Shown: positions 26,558-40,128, counted from the first letter of the whole stretch. The stretch: DNA of 63,968 nucleotides, filler included, from Cercozoa sp. M6MM (GCA_040357565.1; 9 parts of 9 records of this genome joined end to end with filler, not necessarily neighbours in it), one strand, 5' to 3'. The notes: generated by a model from the sequence alone, not told the origin. Translations and numbers: made by a program.

Positions 26558-28822
26558 ATGGATGAAGCCGATTTGGAGAAGGCAACTGAGTCCATGAGCA
26601 AATTGCGTGGCTTTGCACAGGTATGAGCGAACCTTTAGCTTCTATTGATCATAAATGTGAAATATAAACCTTTCAGTCGCTGCAAACGCGTCCACTGCAC
26701 CTCAACGAGCTGGTGAACTTTATTTCAGCGCTCCGAGATTTGCACAGGACCCAGTACGGCGTCGTTGACGAAAAGGCTCATCTGGTGGAACTGCGGTGTG
26801 CCTTGCTCTATACGGCGTGGTACGCCAACGCTCGTTTCAATTACGCATTCACTCAGTTCAAATCTCTGCTGACGAGCCACTCAGAGGTACAGCTTTTCGT
26901 TGTGCTTGCTTCGATCAAATGAACATTTTACCCTCTGGCGGCCTCAGGAACTACGTCAATTCGCGCCGACACTTTGGAAGAGCGTGTCCGCTGTCGAGTC
27001 GCTAGTTATCGAGCCTCTGGTATTGTTATCGATGCATTCCCCTATCGTTTCCTTCCTTCGATGCTAGTGTGTATTCTTATTTGTTGTACAGCAAACAAAA
27101 ATCATGCTGAAAGAAATTGAAACCCTCGGCAAGAACTCCGCAAATGGTGAGTTTTGACTATTTCTAATATATTGAAGCATTCAGAATATCTTCGTAGCTG
27201 AAGTGCGACGCGCGTGCGACTTCTCAGATGATCTGGTGCGGCAGTTTCTATGCCCTAGGTGTACTTTTATATCTCTGTCGCAGACTTCGAGACGGAAGAA
27301 ACGAAGTCTCTTGCGAAGCAACGGCGAACCGCCAGCCAAACGATCTTGTATCCGGTACGTATCCGCGCGGACGTCGATCTGTTACTGTTTTGATAGCTTT
27401 TGATTTCCGACAGGGTTGACACTGAGTCAGAAGGAGAAGCGGTCTCAGATATTGACACGCCAGAGACGGTGGAGCAGCAGCAAGGTAGGTTTAACGGCCT
27501 CTGTTTTCTGCTTTTCTTATTTTATTCGGTTCAGACGACGAAAAGCAAGTTGAGGAGGCTCTGGAATCAGTCGACAAACTCGCTGTCGTGTTCCCAGAGA
27601 GTGACTCAGAGTTTAAGCATAGACGCGAGCGACAGAGCATTTTTGCTGCTCAAGAAAAGCTCGGCATTTCCGCAACAGGAGGGCTAGATTTCACCGACGA
27701 GTTGGATACTGACGTTATTCTGGGTAGTGCTGGTCTTTTGTGTGTCGCTCAGTTTTTAACTTCTGCTTTTCCATAGAGCGAGTCGATCGAGAGGTGGCAC
27801 TCGAGGAGAAAAAAAAGCAGGAGAAAAAAAAGCAGGAGAAAAAAAAGCAGGAGAAAAAAAAGCAGGAGAAAAAGAAGAAAACGAAGAAACTAAACGACGA
27901 AGAAGCCGAACAGTTGACCGAGCAGCAGAAGCTACTAAAATACGAAAACTGGCTGCAAAAAGTATGTCGTTGCTTGTCCTTTGTCTGCTCTTCCACCTTT
28001 GCTTTGCAGGCGAAAAAGCGGCAGAAGAAGCTCGCCAAAATAGGCCGGGTGCATCGAACGTCATTTGATCCTAAAGTACATTTTGACTGTTTTCTCTGGC
28101 TTTATTTGTGCCTATGATTCAGTTGTATTGGATTTGAAACACAGTCGCATAAGGCCTTTTTGGACGCAATGCACGCCATGTTCGTCAGTGGAGACGCAAG
28201 CGAGAAGCGGATCATGTGGAGTCGTTTGACGCGCGTTCTGTACGATCGGGGCGAGTTAAACCTCGCCGAGCGCGTGTGTCTCCCGAAACGCAAGGTAGTC
28301 TCCTAAGGTCCCACGAGCTATGGATTCATCAGGAGGTGTGTGCAGAACGGCAGAAGTATCCTGCGCACGGCTTGCACATCGTCGCGACTGGAGGCGCTTC
28401 GCTCGAGCTATCCGGCCAAGTTCCGTGCCTTCTTGGACGCCGTTGGTAGCATTCCACACTGTACACTATCGCATGTTGGGGCAGATAGACTTTTGTCTGT
28501 CCGTGTAGCCGGCAAAGCCAAGTCAAAGCCCGCTACTGACAGCCACTTGCGTGGCAACAAGGACGTACAGTGTGATGACGACGGTGCTGACAGTGTCCCT
28601 CCCATGGATGACGTCAATGACAAAGACAAGGACAACGCTTCTGGCAAATCTGACGGATCCGGACAGGGTGCCGACGATTTCTCCGACTCAGATGTAGTTT
28701 TCTTGCTTCTATTATCGTATCGATGGATTTGATGCTACCGTGTTTTCTGTGTTTGCTTTGCTTCCATTTAATATGCGTTTGTGTTCTCCTAGGATGATTT
28801 CTCTGGTCTGCTAAATTGCTGA
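26558..28822 (+). CDS. Hypothetical Lys/Glu-rich (probably nuclear) protein, multi-exon
   Basis: Exon chain with GT-AG introns, an EKKKQ tandem and an acidic C-terminus. No family recognised; ends approximate. Confidence 0.5.
27806..27870 (+). repeat. 15-bp coding tandem repeat (gagaaaaaaaagcag x4, EKKKQ)
   Basis: Read directly. Confidence 0.9.
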
Positions 28823-28918
28823 ACAGAAGTTCGGCTGCAGGTCAAATCTAATCGTTCAAACCGTGTAAAATAGCCTGCACACGTGCGAATATATCCGAGT
28901 TGGGGAGTCTTTAGATGT

Positions 28919-29105
28919 TGAACGAAACGTTAGTTAGTTAGTTCAGTCTTCTAAGAGCGTTTAAGCTTGGCGACACGAAGCCGTCAAACGTGCGTCATTG
29001 GGGTACGAGGTCGTTCGCTACGTCCACGCAGACTCCTTGGCGTCAACGCTCGCCCTGAAGCAGTCTCGTCTCAGTCCTGGTTGGCGTCCAGTGAACGAAA
29101 CGTTA
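28919..29105 (-). mobile_element. Candidate 5'-truncated non-LTR retroelement/SINE insert with (TAAC)n tail and 14-bp TSD
   Basis: TGAACGAAACGTTA at 28919-28932 and 29092-29105 flanks 159 bp whose minus strand ends AGACTGAACTAACTAAC. Confidence 0.5.
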
Positions 29106-29231
29106 AGCAGTCCCCGTACATAAATACGAAACCGAGCGTATACGTCCTGTTTAACTGAAATCTCTCACAGTCGGTCGTAACGTAATCGTCATATACAAGC
29201 ACGACAAGTCATACTACGCTACGCCGCTAGG

Positions 29232-32200
29232 CTAGCTGTGCCGTTCGAGTAAGCGACGCAAGAACTCGCGCTCCGTGAGTGGCAGCAAGGCCGCGATGCG
29301 TTGCGACAACTGCGCTCGCGACTCGCCGTCGCCGCAACTACTCAAGTGGCAGTGACAGCTACATTGAGACAAAAGAAATCACGTGGTAGAGAGTACCCTC
29401 GCTCAACGGCGGTGCCGACGCAAGGCCAGAGGAGACGACGTGCGTGTGCCTCAAGAGCGACAGGACAGAGCAGCACAACGTACTGTGCCACTAGCGTGGC
29501 TGCATGTGCTCGCGCCCACTGCACATTGCAAAAAACAGGGCATAATACACATAACATTCACACAGAGTAAGGGCAGTCGCGCGCATAGCTGTACCTTTCT
29601 CAAAGGTTCCTGGAACACAGCTTCGGTGAGACGATGCGGCATACGCAGTCGATTCTCGCGCTGCTCCGTGTCAGTGACGTTGCTGTCGCCGTGGCTGTAA
29701 TTTTGAGTGCATAGACGCAGACTGGCACGCAGCATCCGCGGCAGCAATGTGCCACAGATCACGCCAAGCATTGGTCTTAGGTCCTCCACCTGTACGCTCA
29801 ATATCACTGCCTTTCTCAAGTCAACTGAAAGACACAAAGAGTACCCTCCTTAGAGCTGCCTGTGACAATCGGTGTCGCAGCAAGGCAAGCAGCAACTCGT
29901 ACGCCAAGTCAAAGGCAGTTTCGCGTGTCAGCTCAGTCGACGAACACTCGGCAGAGTCGGCAGTTTCCACCAGTCGCAGCACCAGGTCCAGCAGCAGCGA
30001 CAACTGATGCGAGTCCAGTCGCAGCACCTGTCGTCGGCCCAGTGCGAGTGTCACCAGCGCACACTGCGCACGCGACTCCTGGCAAGCCCAAACAAAGTAG
30101 AGTTGACAGCATTTGGTACAAGCCTAGCTCCCAGCAGACAAAGGTACCACATCAGTGCAGAGCGACGGCTGACACAAGTGGTCCCAGTTGAGAGCGAAAG
30201 CACGTGCCCAGGCACCCTGCAAACGGATCGGTAGGTCTCTCGCGGCATCGCGCACCTCGCGAAAACACCGATCGCACTCGTCAGCATTGCCTGCGAAACA
30301 CAAAGATACAACAAAACTTAATAAATTTAAGTCAAAGTACCAGAGAAAGCGTTTCGAATGAGCGAAACGATCTGCTGCTGCACCTGCTCCTTGTCACTGC
30401 CCCAACGACCATTACTCCAGTTAGAGTCATCCTCTGTATCGCTGTCGCTCAGATCGCCTGTCTCTGCCACCGGCTGCAGCGACAACAACTTCCGGATCAG
30501 TCGCGTGCGCTCCGTGTCGCTCTGCTCGCACACGTGCAGCAGCAGCGATCGCACGCTTCGACTTTCGAACAGCGACGCGTCCAGAAACAGGTCAACCACG
30601 CCTTGCTCCGGCAGTGAGTGCAGGCACTGTGACAACACGTGCGACAACTGGTCGTACTGCGGGTCTGTGTGTCAATTAAAACACCAAAACAGCATTTTTA
30701 TTTTTGCAAACAACCTTGTTTGCCACAAATTAAAAAGTCTAAATCAGTTTACATATGCGCGAAAACTCGCGAATTTCTCGTTCGAGTTTCTGGAGCTTCT
30801 TGCCTTGCTTTTTGAGTTTTTTCTCCTTGTTTTTTGACTTGAGTTTCTCAAGCTTCTTTTCTTTCTTGCGCCGCTTTTTCTCCTGTTGCCAACAATAAAA
30901 ATACAAAAGGTGCAGGTGTGTTTATGTATATGGGTACCAGCGACGCGAGTGCAGTCTGCGAGAACTCAGAGGCCTGCACAAAGACGTCGAGCGAGTGCAG
31001 GAATACTGGAGCATTCTGAGTTGTCTTGTCCAGCAGCTGTAATGACACAGAGGGTACATGAACACGACTGGCAGTACGGTAGAGACACTACCTGCAGCAC
31101 GAGAGCAGCGAGCTGAGCAGCACGTTCGCGAAGCTGCTGCGCCGTGCCGTGCAGACTAGAGGCATTGCTGCGAGCAGAGTCGTCGTCGTCCTTGTCCTCG
31201 TCGTCGCACATCTTGTCCTCGTCCTTGTCGTCGTTGTCGTTGTCATTGTCATCGTCCTCGACGTCAAAGTCATTCACGATGAAAGCACGCACCTCGGCGT
31301 TTCTCCAGAGTTCGACCACACGCGCTGTGGCGAGTTCCAGCAGCGTCACACTGCTGTCGTTCTCGTTGCCTGTCAGACACACATCAGTGTTCACGCGTAC
31401 CAAGCAAGCAGCTTAGTTACCATCCTGCATACGACCTTCCAGTCGACTCAGGAAGTCCTTGCAAACCGAGAACAGCGTGATATCTAAGAATATTCAAGGT
31501 AGGGGAGAGAGAGGAAAATGAGTTGACGCGTGTGGTACCACTGGAGGCCTCCACCACGCCGAGTTCGAGAAAGTACTCGCGACACTCGGCCACCTCGTGT
31601 TCCTCGCCTTTGGAATGCGCCACGAAGCGCTCGCACACGAACCGGCAGGCTGCAGTTGCCCAAAGAAAACATGAGAGAAAGATGGGAAGTTAAGGCAAGA
31701 TGGGGTACACTTGACAGCGTCGCACAAGGCCAGCACCTCAGCAAAGTGCTGCTGCAGCAGCGTGCTGAACGAAGCCTTGAGCAGTTCAGTCACTCGCGCC
31801 GCCTGTGTCAGCACCGGCGCTGCCACAGTCTCCACGATGACAGCGTTGCCGAACACGAGAGCCAGCATGACGAGGAGACTCTTGCGATCCGCAGTCGGCG
31901 ATGGCCACAGGTCGCACATGCGCGCCAACAGCGGCGCCAACTGGGGGGCCGGTGTGTGTTGAACCAGTGTATTCAGTGACACATGCGAGCACCCAAACAC
32001 GGCGCTCCTGGAGGCTACTTGACACCTACAGACAAACACATAGCAAGTAGACATTAGTATACATTAGCACCAGAGGAGCAAATGTACAAAGGCAGCAGCA
32101 TGGCAGGAGCATCACGAGCTCGTCGTAGTTCTTCAGTCGCACACTCGAGAATGTCTACGCAACACGCATACACAACATAGATACACAGAGAGATACAAGC

Positions 32201-33478
32201 ACCCAAGGAGTCGTCATTCAGCAAGGACAGCAAGCGGTGCGACAACCCGGGTGTGTCATCGACCTTGTGCGGAAACACGAGAGCCACGTCGAAGCGAAGA
32301 AGCTGCTTGAGCAAGTTTCGTGCAGTGTGGCACGTGTCCTCCTGTAGCAGCGAGATGGCCTTGTGCGTCATCTCGGTCAGTCTCTCGGCCGTGTCGGTGC
32401 GACCGATGGTGTCGACATTGTGCGACGTGGCAGCGGCCAGTACAGCCGATGCCACGCGTGCACAGGTCAGTCGGAGGTGTTGCTCACTCGGTGACCTGAC
32501 CTTGGACGGCCACACCGACAGCAGCGCCGTCAGAGTGCGGTGCAGCACGAAGCGCGCCTTGTCGTCAAAGTCGCCGAGTGGTGACAGTGCCTTCAAGACC
32601 GCGCGGAAGGCAGCACCGATCGGAGCAAACTGACCCGGGTGCTTGGACAGCTTGCGAATCGGCTGCTCGATACTCGTGCCGTACACAGTGGCCAGCAGCG
32701 AGATGTCGTTCTTGACCTTGTCACTGAGCCACGGCAGTGCTGTCGGCATCAGCAACTCCACACACTGCTGCACCAGCGACTGCGCACACTGTTGTTGTCG
32801 TTGCGACCTGTTCGAGTGAAGAGGGGATACAAAGATAAGGTAGGTGAAGACAGAACACAAGTGATACGGTACCCAGACAGCATGGCGTGCAGCACCTTCT
32901 GCTGCGACGACAGCAGCTTCTGCACCTGCTTTGCGTTGTTCACCTGGTCGATCAGCGCACGTGCCAGTGTGCTCACCTGCTCTGCCATGAGATCAAGTGT
33001 GTCGGCACTGTGTCCGACTTGCAAGGCATCCGCACTGGCATCGGAGGCAGCAGGTGCAACATGTGACAGCAGCGACCAGCACTGCGCGAGCGACAGCGAC
33101 GACACCAGTGCCGGGCATTCAAAGAAACGCCGCACCGTTGCGTGCACATGCGACACCACATCCTTCTCGTTCGTTGCTTCGTGGCACGTCTCGACTGCCG
33201 AGCACAACAGCTGGTACGGCCTCCTCGCGCTGCCATCCACTACGCACACAGTACCTCCCATCCGAGTCACACATCTGACAGGCAGGTAGAAGCTTACAAG
33301 CCAGGGAAAGCACGCGCCAGAAGTCTGACTGCACGACGGCACGCCCTTTTGCGTAGAATGGTGCCAGCAAATCGAGCAGCAACTGCCGCTGCAGCTCATT
33401 GGCAGCACCCTCCCTGCCGAATGTGGCCACGACATCATTGAACTCCGCCGGGAGTTCGAATCGCACGCTCGTGCCCAT
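29232..33478 (-). CDS. Large helical-repeat protein, URB2/Npa2-like C-terminus
   Basis: Long Leu/Ala-rich exons. The C-terminal HRLTEAV..RAHAATLVAQYV..ARRLLWPCVGTAVE..EREFLRRLLERHS loosely fits the Urb2 C-terminal domain as recalled. Confidence 0.45.
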
Positions 33479-33644
33479 GAACGCACCGCAGCTACGACAC
33501 ACACTGCGCCGCACACACTGTGGCCTGAGCTTGTGCTTGAGCGCCTTCTTAATTTTGTATCTTTTTGTCCAAGTGTGGATCGCGGAATCAGACACGGTCT
33601 GTGAATTTTTTTCTGCTCGCCCCTCAAAGTCGTTGCAGTCCACA

Positions 33645-35196
33645 ATGTTCCTCGCACGTGTGAACAGGCTGGGTAGGTCATGTATGCGCAGTCTGCCGCT
33701 TGTGTGCAAGACTATGCTTTTTGTGGGTCGGGCGTGCCAGGTGTGAGACCTGGCACCGCTTGCGACGGGCCAGTCCGTTATTGTCGTGACCAGTGTGTTT
33801 GCTTGTGTAAGCGTTGCGTGTCTCGTTCCTGAAATTTTGTTGCTTTGTGCTTTTTCGTGTTTTTCTTGTGCTGGTGTGATTGATGTTATCTATACTCCCT
33901 TTTTTGAGTGCAGCCGCGCGTCAGGCGCGATGCTTCTCGGAGCAATACAACATGGGCAAGCAGGCCGCGTCGATCTTCGACGATAAGGAGCTGCACGTAT
34001 CATAGGACATACCTACCGCTTTATGAGGCTGTTATATATCTATATATGGCGACCTTGTGCAGCTGAAGCTCGACGACGTCACGGACGCCGAGCTGTCGGA
34101 CTGGGGCATTACGCGCGACGTGCTCGTGCAGTGGCGCGAGGCCGCCGACAAGTTCGGCAAGGAGGCCAAGGGCTACTCGTTCGACGAGGTGCGTCGTGAG
34201 AAGTGCATGGAGTACCTGCAGCCGATCCGCGCGTGGCACTGCGAGTACCTCAAGAAGGCCGCCACGGACGCCAACATGGACCCGCGTCTTGTGTACGACT
34301 ACGGTATCAAGCTCGAGTCGCCGATCGAGTCGGATGCCGATATCTACGACACGTACGCCCTCGATTTCTGCGCCGATAAGGTGCCCTTGTCTCTTTCACC
34401 TTTGTCCCTGTTGCCTTGATTGGTTTCCCTTGCCTTCCAGGGCTTCGATGAGCTGTGGGCCATCCACAAGCCGCTGCGTGATGCCAACGTGCGAGCCAAG
34501 AAGCTGTTGTGCTACGTGTACGACCTGCCGTTCTTCCCGGGTTCGTTCGAGGACGGTGCCGACGTGCACCGCGTGCAGACCGAGGGCGAGGTCAAGGCCG
34601 CCGTCTACGAGGCCACGACCTTCAAGCCGATGTCGCACTCGCGCGCCGAGAAGCTCACGTGGCTCGAGCTCGGTGTCGACCTCGATGCCGTGTACTACAC
34701 GCCGCCGTCCGCGACGCAGGAGGCCTTCAACGAGGCCTACGTCGACGGCGACATCACGCCCTACGTCGACCTGGGCGAGGGCTTCAAGTACAAGGCCCGC
34801 GACGTGCGACAGCTGTGTGCGCGTCTCTGCGAGGAGGAGGGTGGCCTCACGCAGCAGGCTATCGACCACGTCAAGTCGCTCGAGGCCAAGTGGGGCGAGA
34901 AGCTCCTCACCGGCAACGAGAAGGTGATCGCCGCGCGACCCTCCAAGGCCGAGCGCGACGCCAAGGAGGCCGCCGCCTACGAGGCCGAGCAGCGCGTCAG
35001 CAAGCACAACACGGTCGAGTTCCAGGCCACGCTCAAGTCGCTCGCGCAGATGTACCCGGCTCTCTTCGAGCAGGCACAGGCCGAGTACGCCGAGCAGGCC
35101 GAGGCCGCCCTCACGGCCGACGAGAAGCAGGACGTGCAGGAGCTCATCGTCGACAAGTTCTTCGCGCTCGTCGAGGAGCAGGAGCAGACCGAGTAA
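33645..35196 (+). CDS. Orphan mitochondrial protein, 394 aa, 4 exons (33645-33672, 33914-33996, 34063-34380, 34441-35196)
   Basis: Splicing gives MFLARVNRLAARQARCFSEQY (Arg-rich, acid-free presequence with an R-C-F-S cleavage-type motif). Extreme C/G third-position bias; stop TAA. Confidence 0.8.
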
Positions 35197-36079
35197 TTCG
35201 ACCTGGACTGACGCCTCGAACCCGACTGCCGTGCGCGCGGCGTGTTCGTGTGTAGCACTCATCAAACTTTTTCGGAGCCACATTTTACGGCAGCTTAGCT
35301 GAACTTACGACCCTCGCCTGCCCGACTGGTGGACGTGAGGGAAGAGCTGATTTCCCTGGCGTTAGCTTGTCGACAAGACATCCGTCGTCAAAAGTTAAAT
35401 TTGCTGGTGGGCTGAAGCCTGATCCTTGAGGCCGGATACGAAACTAGTGGGCTGACGCCTGATCCATGAGGGATGTCAACGTGTGCTAGAACTTGTTTCT
35501 GTTGTGGGTAGGGTACGCGCAATGACCCAACCTGCGAGCGAGCGTATTGGGAACACCAAGATGCCGGACTTGCGTTGGAAACGAAACCTATGCGTACCAT
35601 ATTTTCCTGTTTGCCGTTGGTTTTTGCTGACACTACTAGTACATTTAGACTTGAAGGAATCACCGTGTGCATTCAGTTATATTACTACTCGCTATGCTGA
35701 TCCGATCATGGGGATACTGACTGTACACTGCGACTAGCGCTGACTCGACTAAGGATCGTATACTGCAACACGCAGCGGTGCTTGTACTGTGTAAAGTACC
35801 AGCTGTGCTGCCCTGCCCATCTCAATGTAAACTCCGTCATGAACGGAAGTTGACGTGATTGACATGATGTGGCACGATTAAACTCATGCTGGCTGGTACA
35901 GTGTTAGGTTGTTAGCATTCATTATGACATACAGTACAATTGAAATACTGGCAGCTGCGCTGATTAAAATATAATAACTCGAAAGTTGAAAGTCGTGTTG
36001 AAGAAGCAAAGGTGGTGTAAAAATACACCGGGGGGAAGGGGTGCGACATGTCACAGCCGGCAGTCACCTTTTGTCGCAG

Positions 36080-36768
36080 TCAGCGACGACGGCGGAAGTG
36101 AGGAGGCGAGCCGCAGCGCGCTTCGAGTGCGCAAGGCTGCGCACTGCTGCAGCGCACGGCGATGGCGCGCTGCAGCCGAAGCTCCAGCAAGTGGCGGAAC
36201 AGCTCGCGCGCACGGCGGGCGACGCGCAGCACTCGCGCCTGACGTTCGAGCTCGAGTGCCTCCCGACGCTCGCGCTCGAGTCGTTCCTGCCGCTCTCGAA
36301 CGGCGGCAGCAGCTTCGACGGCGAGTTCGCGGAGTTGCAGGCGCTGCTGCTGCTGCCGGCGCTTCCAGCAGACGCGGAAAGACGCGCCTCGCTCCTGCTG
36401 GCGCTGCAGCTGCAGACGCCAGCACTCGCGAGCGGCCGCGTCGCTGTTCAGCAGCAGCAGCAGGTGCTTCTCATGCTCGCACGACGGCCCAGGACCTGCA
36501 GGCGTCGGCGCCGTCTCGTTGTCACGGGGTGCACGCAGGCACCCGAAGAGGTTGCGCAGGAAAGTCTGCGCACACACACAGAGACAGAGACTCGTGAATG
36601 CACTGACTGTATAAAGACAAAACAAAAGACAGAAAACAAAAAACAAAAAACAAAACGACAAAAGAGAAGCGGACTCTCGGAGCAGCCCAGAAACCACTCC
36701 CACAGTGCACCGACGCACCAAACAACAGTGTTGCACAGTGAAATGCAGGCACACAGAAAACTCACCAT
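36080..36768 (-). CDS. Small hypothetical Arg/Glu-rich coiled-coil protein; first coding exon is ATG only
   Basis: ATG|GTGAGT at 36768, acceptor CGCAG at 36566, then TFLRNLFGC..ERQERLERERREALELERQ. Confidence 0.5.
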
Positions 36769-37555
36769 TTCACAAAGCGCAAAAAAGCGTCTGGCGTTCG
36801 GTAGTTTCTCGTATCACAAGTCTCAAACTCACACAATGCGTGGTGAAAGAAGGGGCAAATTTTTTGTACAAATCGCGTGCCGAGCACTCACATGGCTACA
36901 CCGGAATCCATTCGACCTTCCAAGGTGTGCCAGAGTGTCACTACACTCGCCCCATCACCCTGCACACACCCACTTGAAACGCCCAGAAGCCGCGCCCAGA
37001 GCAAAAACGTGCTTAGATTAGATGTGGGACGTGTGCAGCGGGGTCTCAAAACTGCACAAAAGCCGTTGCACACCTCCCGACGTGCTCTCGAGCTGCAACA
37101 AAAATCAAGTTTGCAAACAAAATCAGTCACTCGGTGCGCGTTTCTCCACCCACAGCGCCGGTGACTAGTGACACTTTTGTGGGCAGTCCTGAAATTCCAC
37201 TAGTATTTCCTGCCTAATAGACGTGCCTAAACCTCTAATTGCGCTCAGCGAGAACAGGTATTTTTGGCTAAAACTGACAACTTATACGAGCTATAACTTT
37301 GTTTGCTGCTGTGTGCGGCTGTGTGCTAGTTGTCAGTTAGTTAGCAGCGCTACTTGTACAGGCAATACTAGATCCAGAACATCTCGACGAGCGAATAATG
37401 GCCTGGTAGACCGACCTGCTGCAGCTGCTCGACTCGGCGTGTGGTGCACTTGCAAGCAGAAGAATATTGTGCTCTTTAGCGTAGTGATTGATTAGTTCTG
37501 TCGCTTCTGCTCGTTCTGCCATCTCTCCGGAGAGATTCTTTAGAGTGTCAGGAGT

Positions 37556-40128
37556 TCACCCATGCGCAGTGCTAACGTTGAAAGCACTCGACAGATCGGA
37601 TGACCAACGCTTAAACAACTTCGATGATTCGTATTCAGTTAAAAGACAAAGCCGTGCGAGGGACGCGTCCAGAGACGCGACTCGGCCTGTCGGTGTCGCA
37701 GAGCCGTCCAACGCTCGTCCTGCGCGCAGAGCTGCTCGAGCGTTTGCTGCACCTGCGCACACGCACGAGGTAGTTCGTGACAGTAGGAGGTAGTACAGAC
37801 AGTGGAGAGGTTACGACGTCGTCATCGTTCGCTACGCGCGCGGCGGCCAGAGCGGCGCCGAAGCGTCCGCGAGCCACCTGCCAGCGCATGTGCGCCTCCT
37901 GTGCATTCCACCGGCATCTTACATACTTATAATATCTATAGAGAGAAAGAGAGATAGATATATAGACATATAGACATATAGATATATACACACATACCTG
38001 GAACTTCTTGTCCTTGGCAGCACTGACGCCGAGCTTGCCGGCACTGTGCAGTTTAGTCAGTACAGTCAGTCAGTCCAGTCAGAGTACAGGCAGGGTCCAG
38101 TCAAAAAAAAACAGTCATACCGGCGGAAGATGTCGCTCAGCTGCTGCATCAGAGCACGCGCCTCATCCTCAGTGCCTACTCGACACAAACACACACAAGA
38201 GTACCTCCTACTACCCCAACTACCCGAACGATCCTGTCTGTACCAGTATGCTGCTTGAGCTGCTCACTCACACAGCTGGCGGCAGCGGCCAGCGCATCAA
38301 CGACGATGGTTTTCTCGCGCTTCGCCTGCGCCTGTGCCACCTTGGTGTCCTACACCGGGGTGGGGCGAGGAGGGGGTAAAGGGGTAGGATAAGATGGGAG
38401 TAGGGCATGAAAGGCCGGCTACAACACTCGACGTCTCATCCAGCGCGAATTCCTCGTCGTCCACCAGAGCCAACACGCGCCTGTATATATGTACATATAT
38501 ATATATATCAAGAGGGTAGGGGTAAAGGGGGTACATGATCTCCTCCGATGCACGCGCAGCTTCGACAACTTCGTGCATGGCCGTCACCTTGTCCTTCTGC
38601 AGGGTAAGAGGGGGTAAAGGGGTGGGGGTAAAGAGGGGGGGGGGGGTAAGGACGGGGGTAAACGCGGGACCTACGCCACTGTCGAGCGCATCGGCGGCGA
38701 CGAAGCGCAGCTGAAGCTCGGCCAGGCGACGTGCCTCGCCGTCCAGCAGACCCAGAAACGCCTCGCTCATGCCACCCAGTGCGGAACCGTCCTTCTGCAC
38801 TCGACGCAGCCTTAACTACACCCCAAGAACACACACCCCCCCTTAGCTACACTAAAATACCACAGCCGAGTCGTCCTTCTTCTGCGCCGACTTGAGGAAG
38901 CTCGTGCTACTCACCGGAGGGTAAGGGAAGGGGGCGGAAAGGGAGGGTAAAGGGAGGGGGGTAAAGCTACAACTGCGTCAGCAAATCGACCGCGTGATCC
39001 TCGCGTTTCTCCGGCGTCGCTTTCGTCTTCTTCTTCTTGTCGCCGTTGCTGTCATCAGAGACAGAGGCACGCGGAGGCACCACGACGGCGATCGGCACCA
39101 CGACACCGCCGACGCCCTTGCTGCCGTAGCCTGGAGCGAGGGGATGGGGGTAAGGTAGGGGGGGTAAAGGGGTAAGGGAGGGGGGTATAACTCCGCACTA
39201 CCGCGACAGGGCGCCTTCTCGCGACGCGAGTTGACACTCAACGCGCCAACGAGAACGTCGCCGGCTTGCGCAACCTTAATCGCGTCTAGTTTGGACGACT
39301 ATCGTACACACGGACAGTTCATTTGTACATCTACTGTTTAAGGGGCAAAGATGTACCTCCACACGCGTCCAAACGTCCACAGATTCGCCGGCGCGCAATC
39401 GCTGCTGACTGAACTTCTGCACGCACATGGACAATTATACCCCCTTTGATTCCCCTGTTTTATACCCCCTCTCTTACCGAGCCAGAGCCGCACAGCGCGT
39501 CAGTCTGCGAGCGGAACAGCGTCACTGGCACCGACGACGGCAGCGCCACTACACCGGGGGGGGGTAAAGAAGGCAGGGGGGGGGGGGGTAAAACTACCAT
39601 CGAGCACGACGCGCAGTTCCTTGTGCACCTTCTCCAGCACGCTGCGATCGCTGTGTCGCACTGCACTCACACCGAGTTATACCCCCTTTACCCCTTACCC
39701 CTTACCCTCCCCGGTATGTTGGAGGTACAATAGAGCGAGAGCGACAGGTCGTGCGACTGCGCCGCCACACGCGTCGGCACCTCGAGTTTGTCGCCCTCTA
39801 CACAAAGCAGTCTTAAGTCTCATTGCCTCCTTAATCAAACTCAAAGTAGCCAGTCCAATAGTCGGTCCATGTGGACCACAGTATGGACCAAAGTGAGCCC
39901 CTACGGAAGAAGGCGTCGCGGAAGGCGATGCGCTCCTGCGTGACGCCGTCGAACGCCGCCAGCGACGCGCCGCCCAGCGCACTCTGCACACACACCCTTA
40001 AGTAATACGACCCCCTTAGCCACCCTTAACTAGCACCTTAACCCCCTTAATTATAGCCCCTAAAACACCGTACCTCGTACAGCAGCGACTCGAGGGCAGG
40101 CACGCGGATTCGGACGCTCTTGAGAGCC
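37556..40128 (-). CDS. TPP2: Tripeptidyl-peptidase II, C-terminal half (5' part lost at contig end)
   Basis: VRIRVPALESLLYESALGG..AFD..IAFRDAF, VRHSDRSVLEKV, AGDVLVGALSV and KREKTIVVDAL parallel TPP2 [38 protein letters not shown] and KQKSTLVDAL. Confidence 0.75.

Noticed and set aside
34396-35283. Long antisense ORFs (also 21627-22217 and 36041-37021)
   Set aside because: Expected shadows of GC3-biased coding sequence, with no independent motifs.
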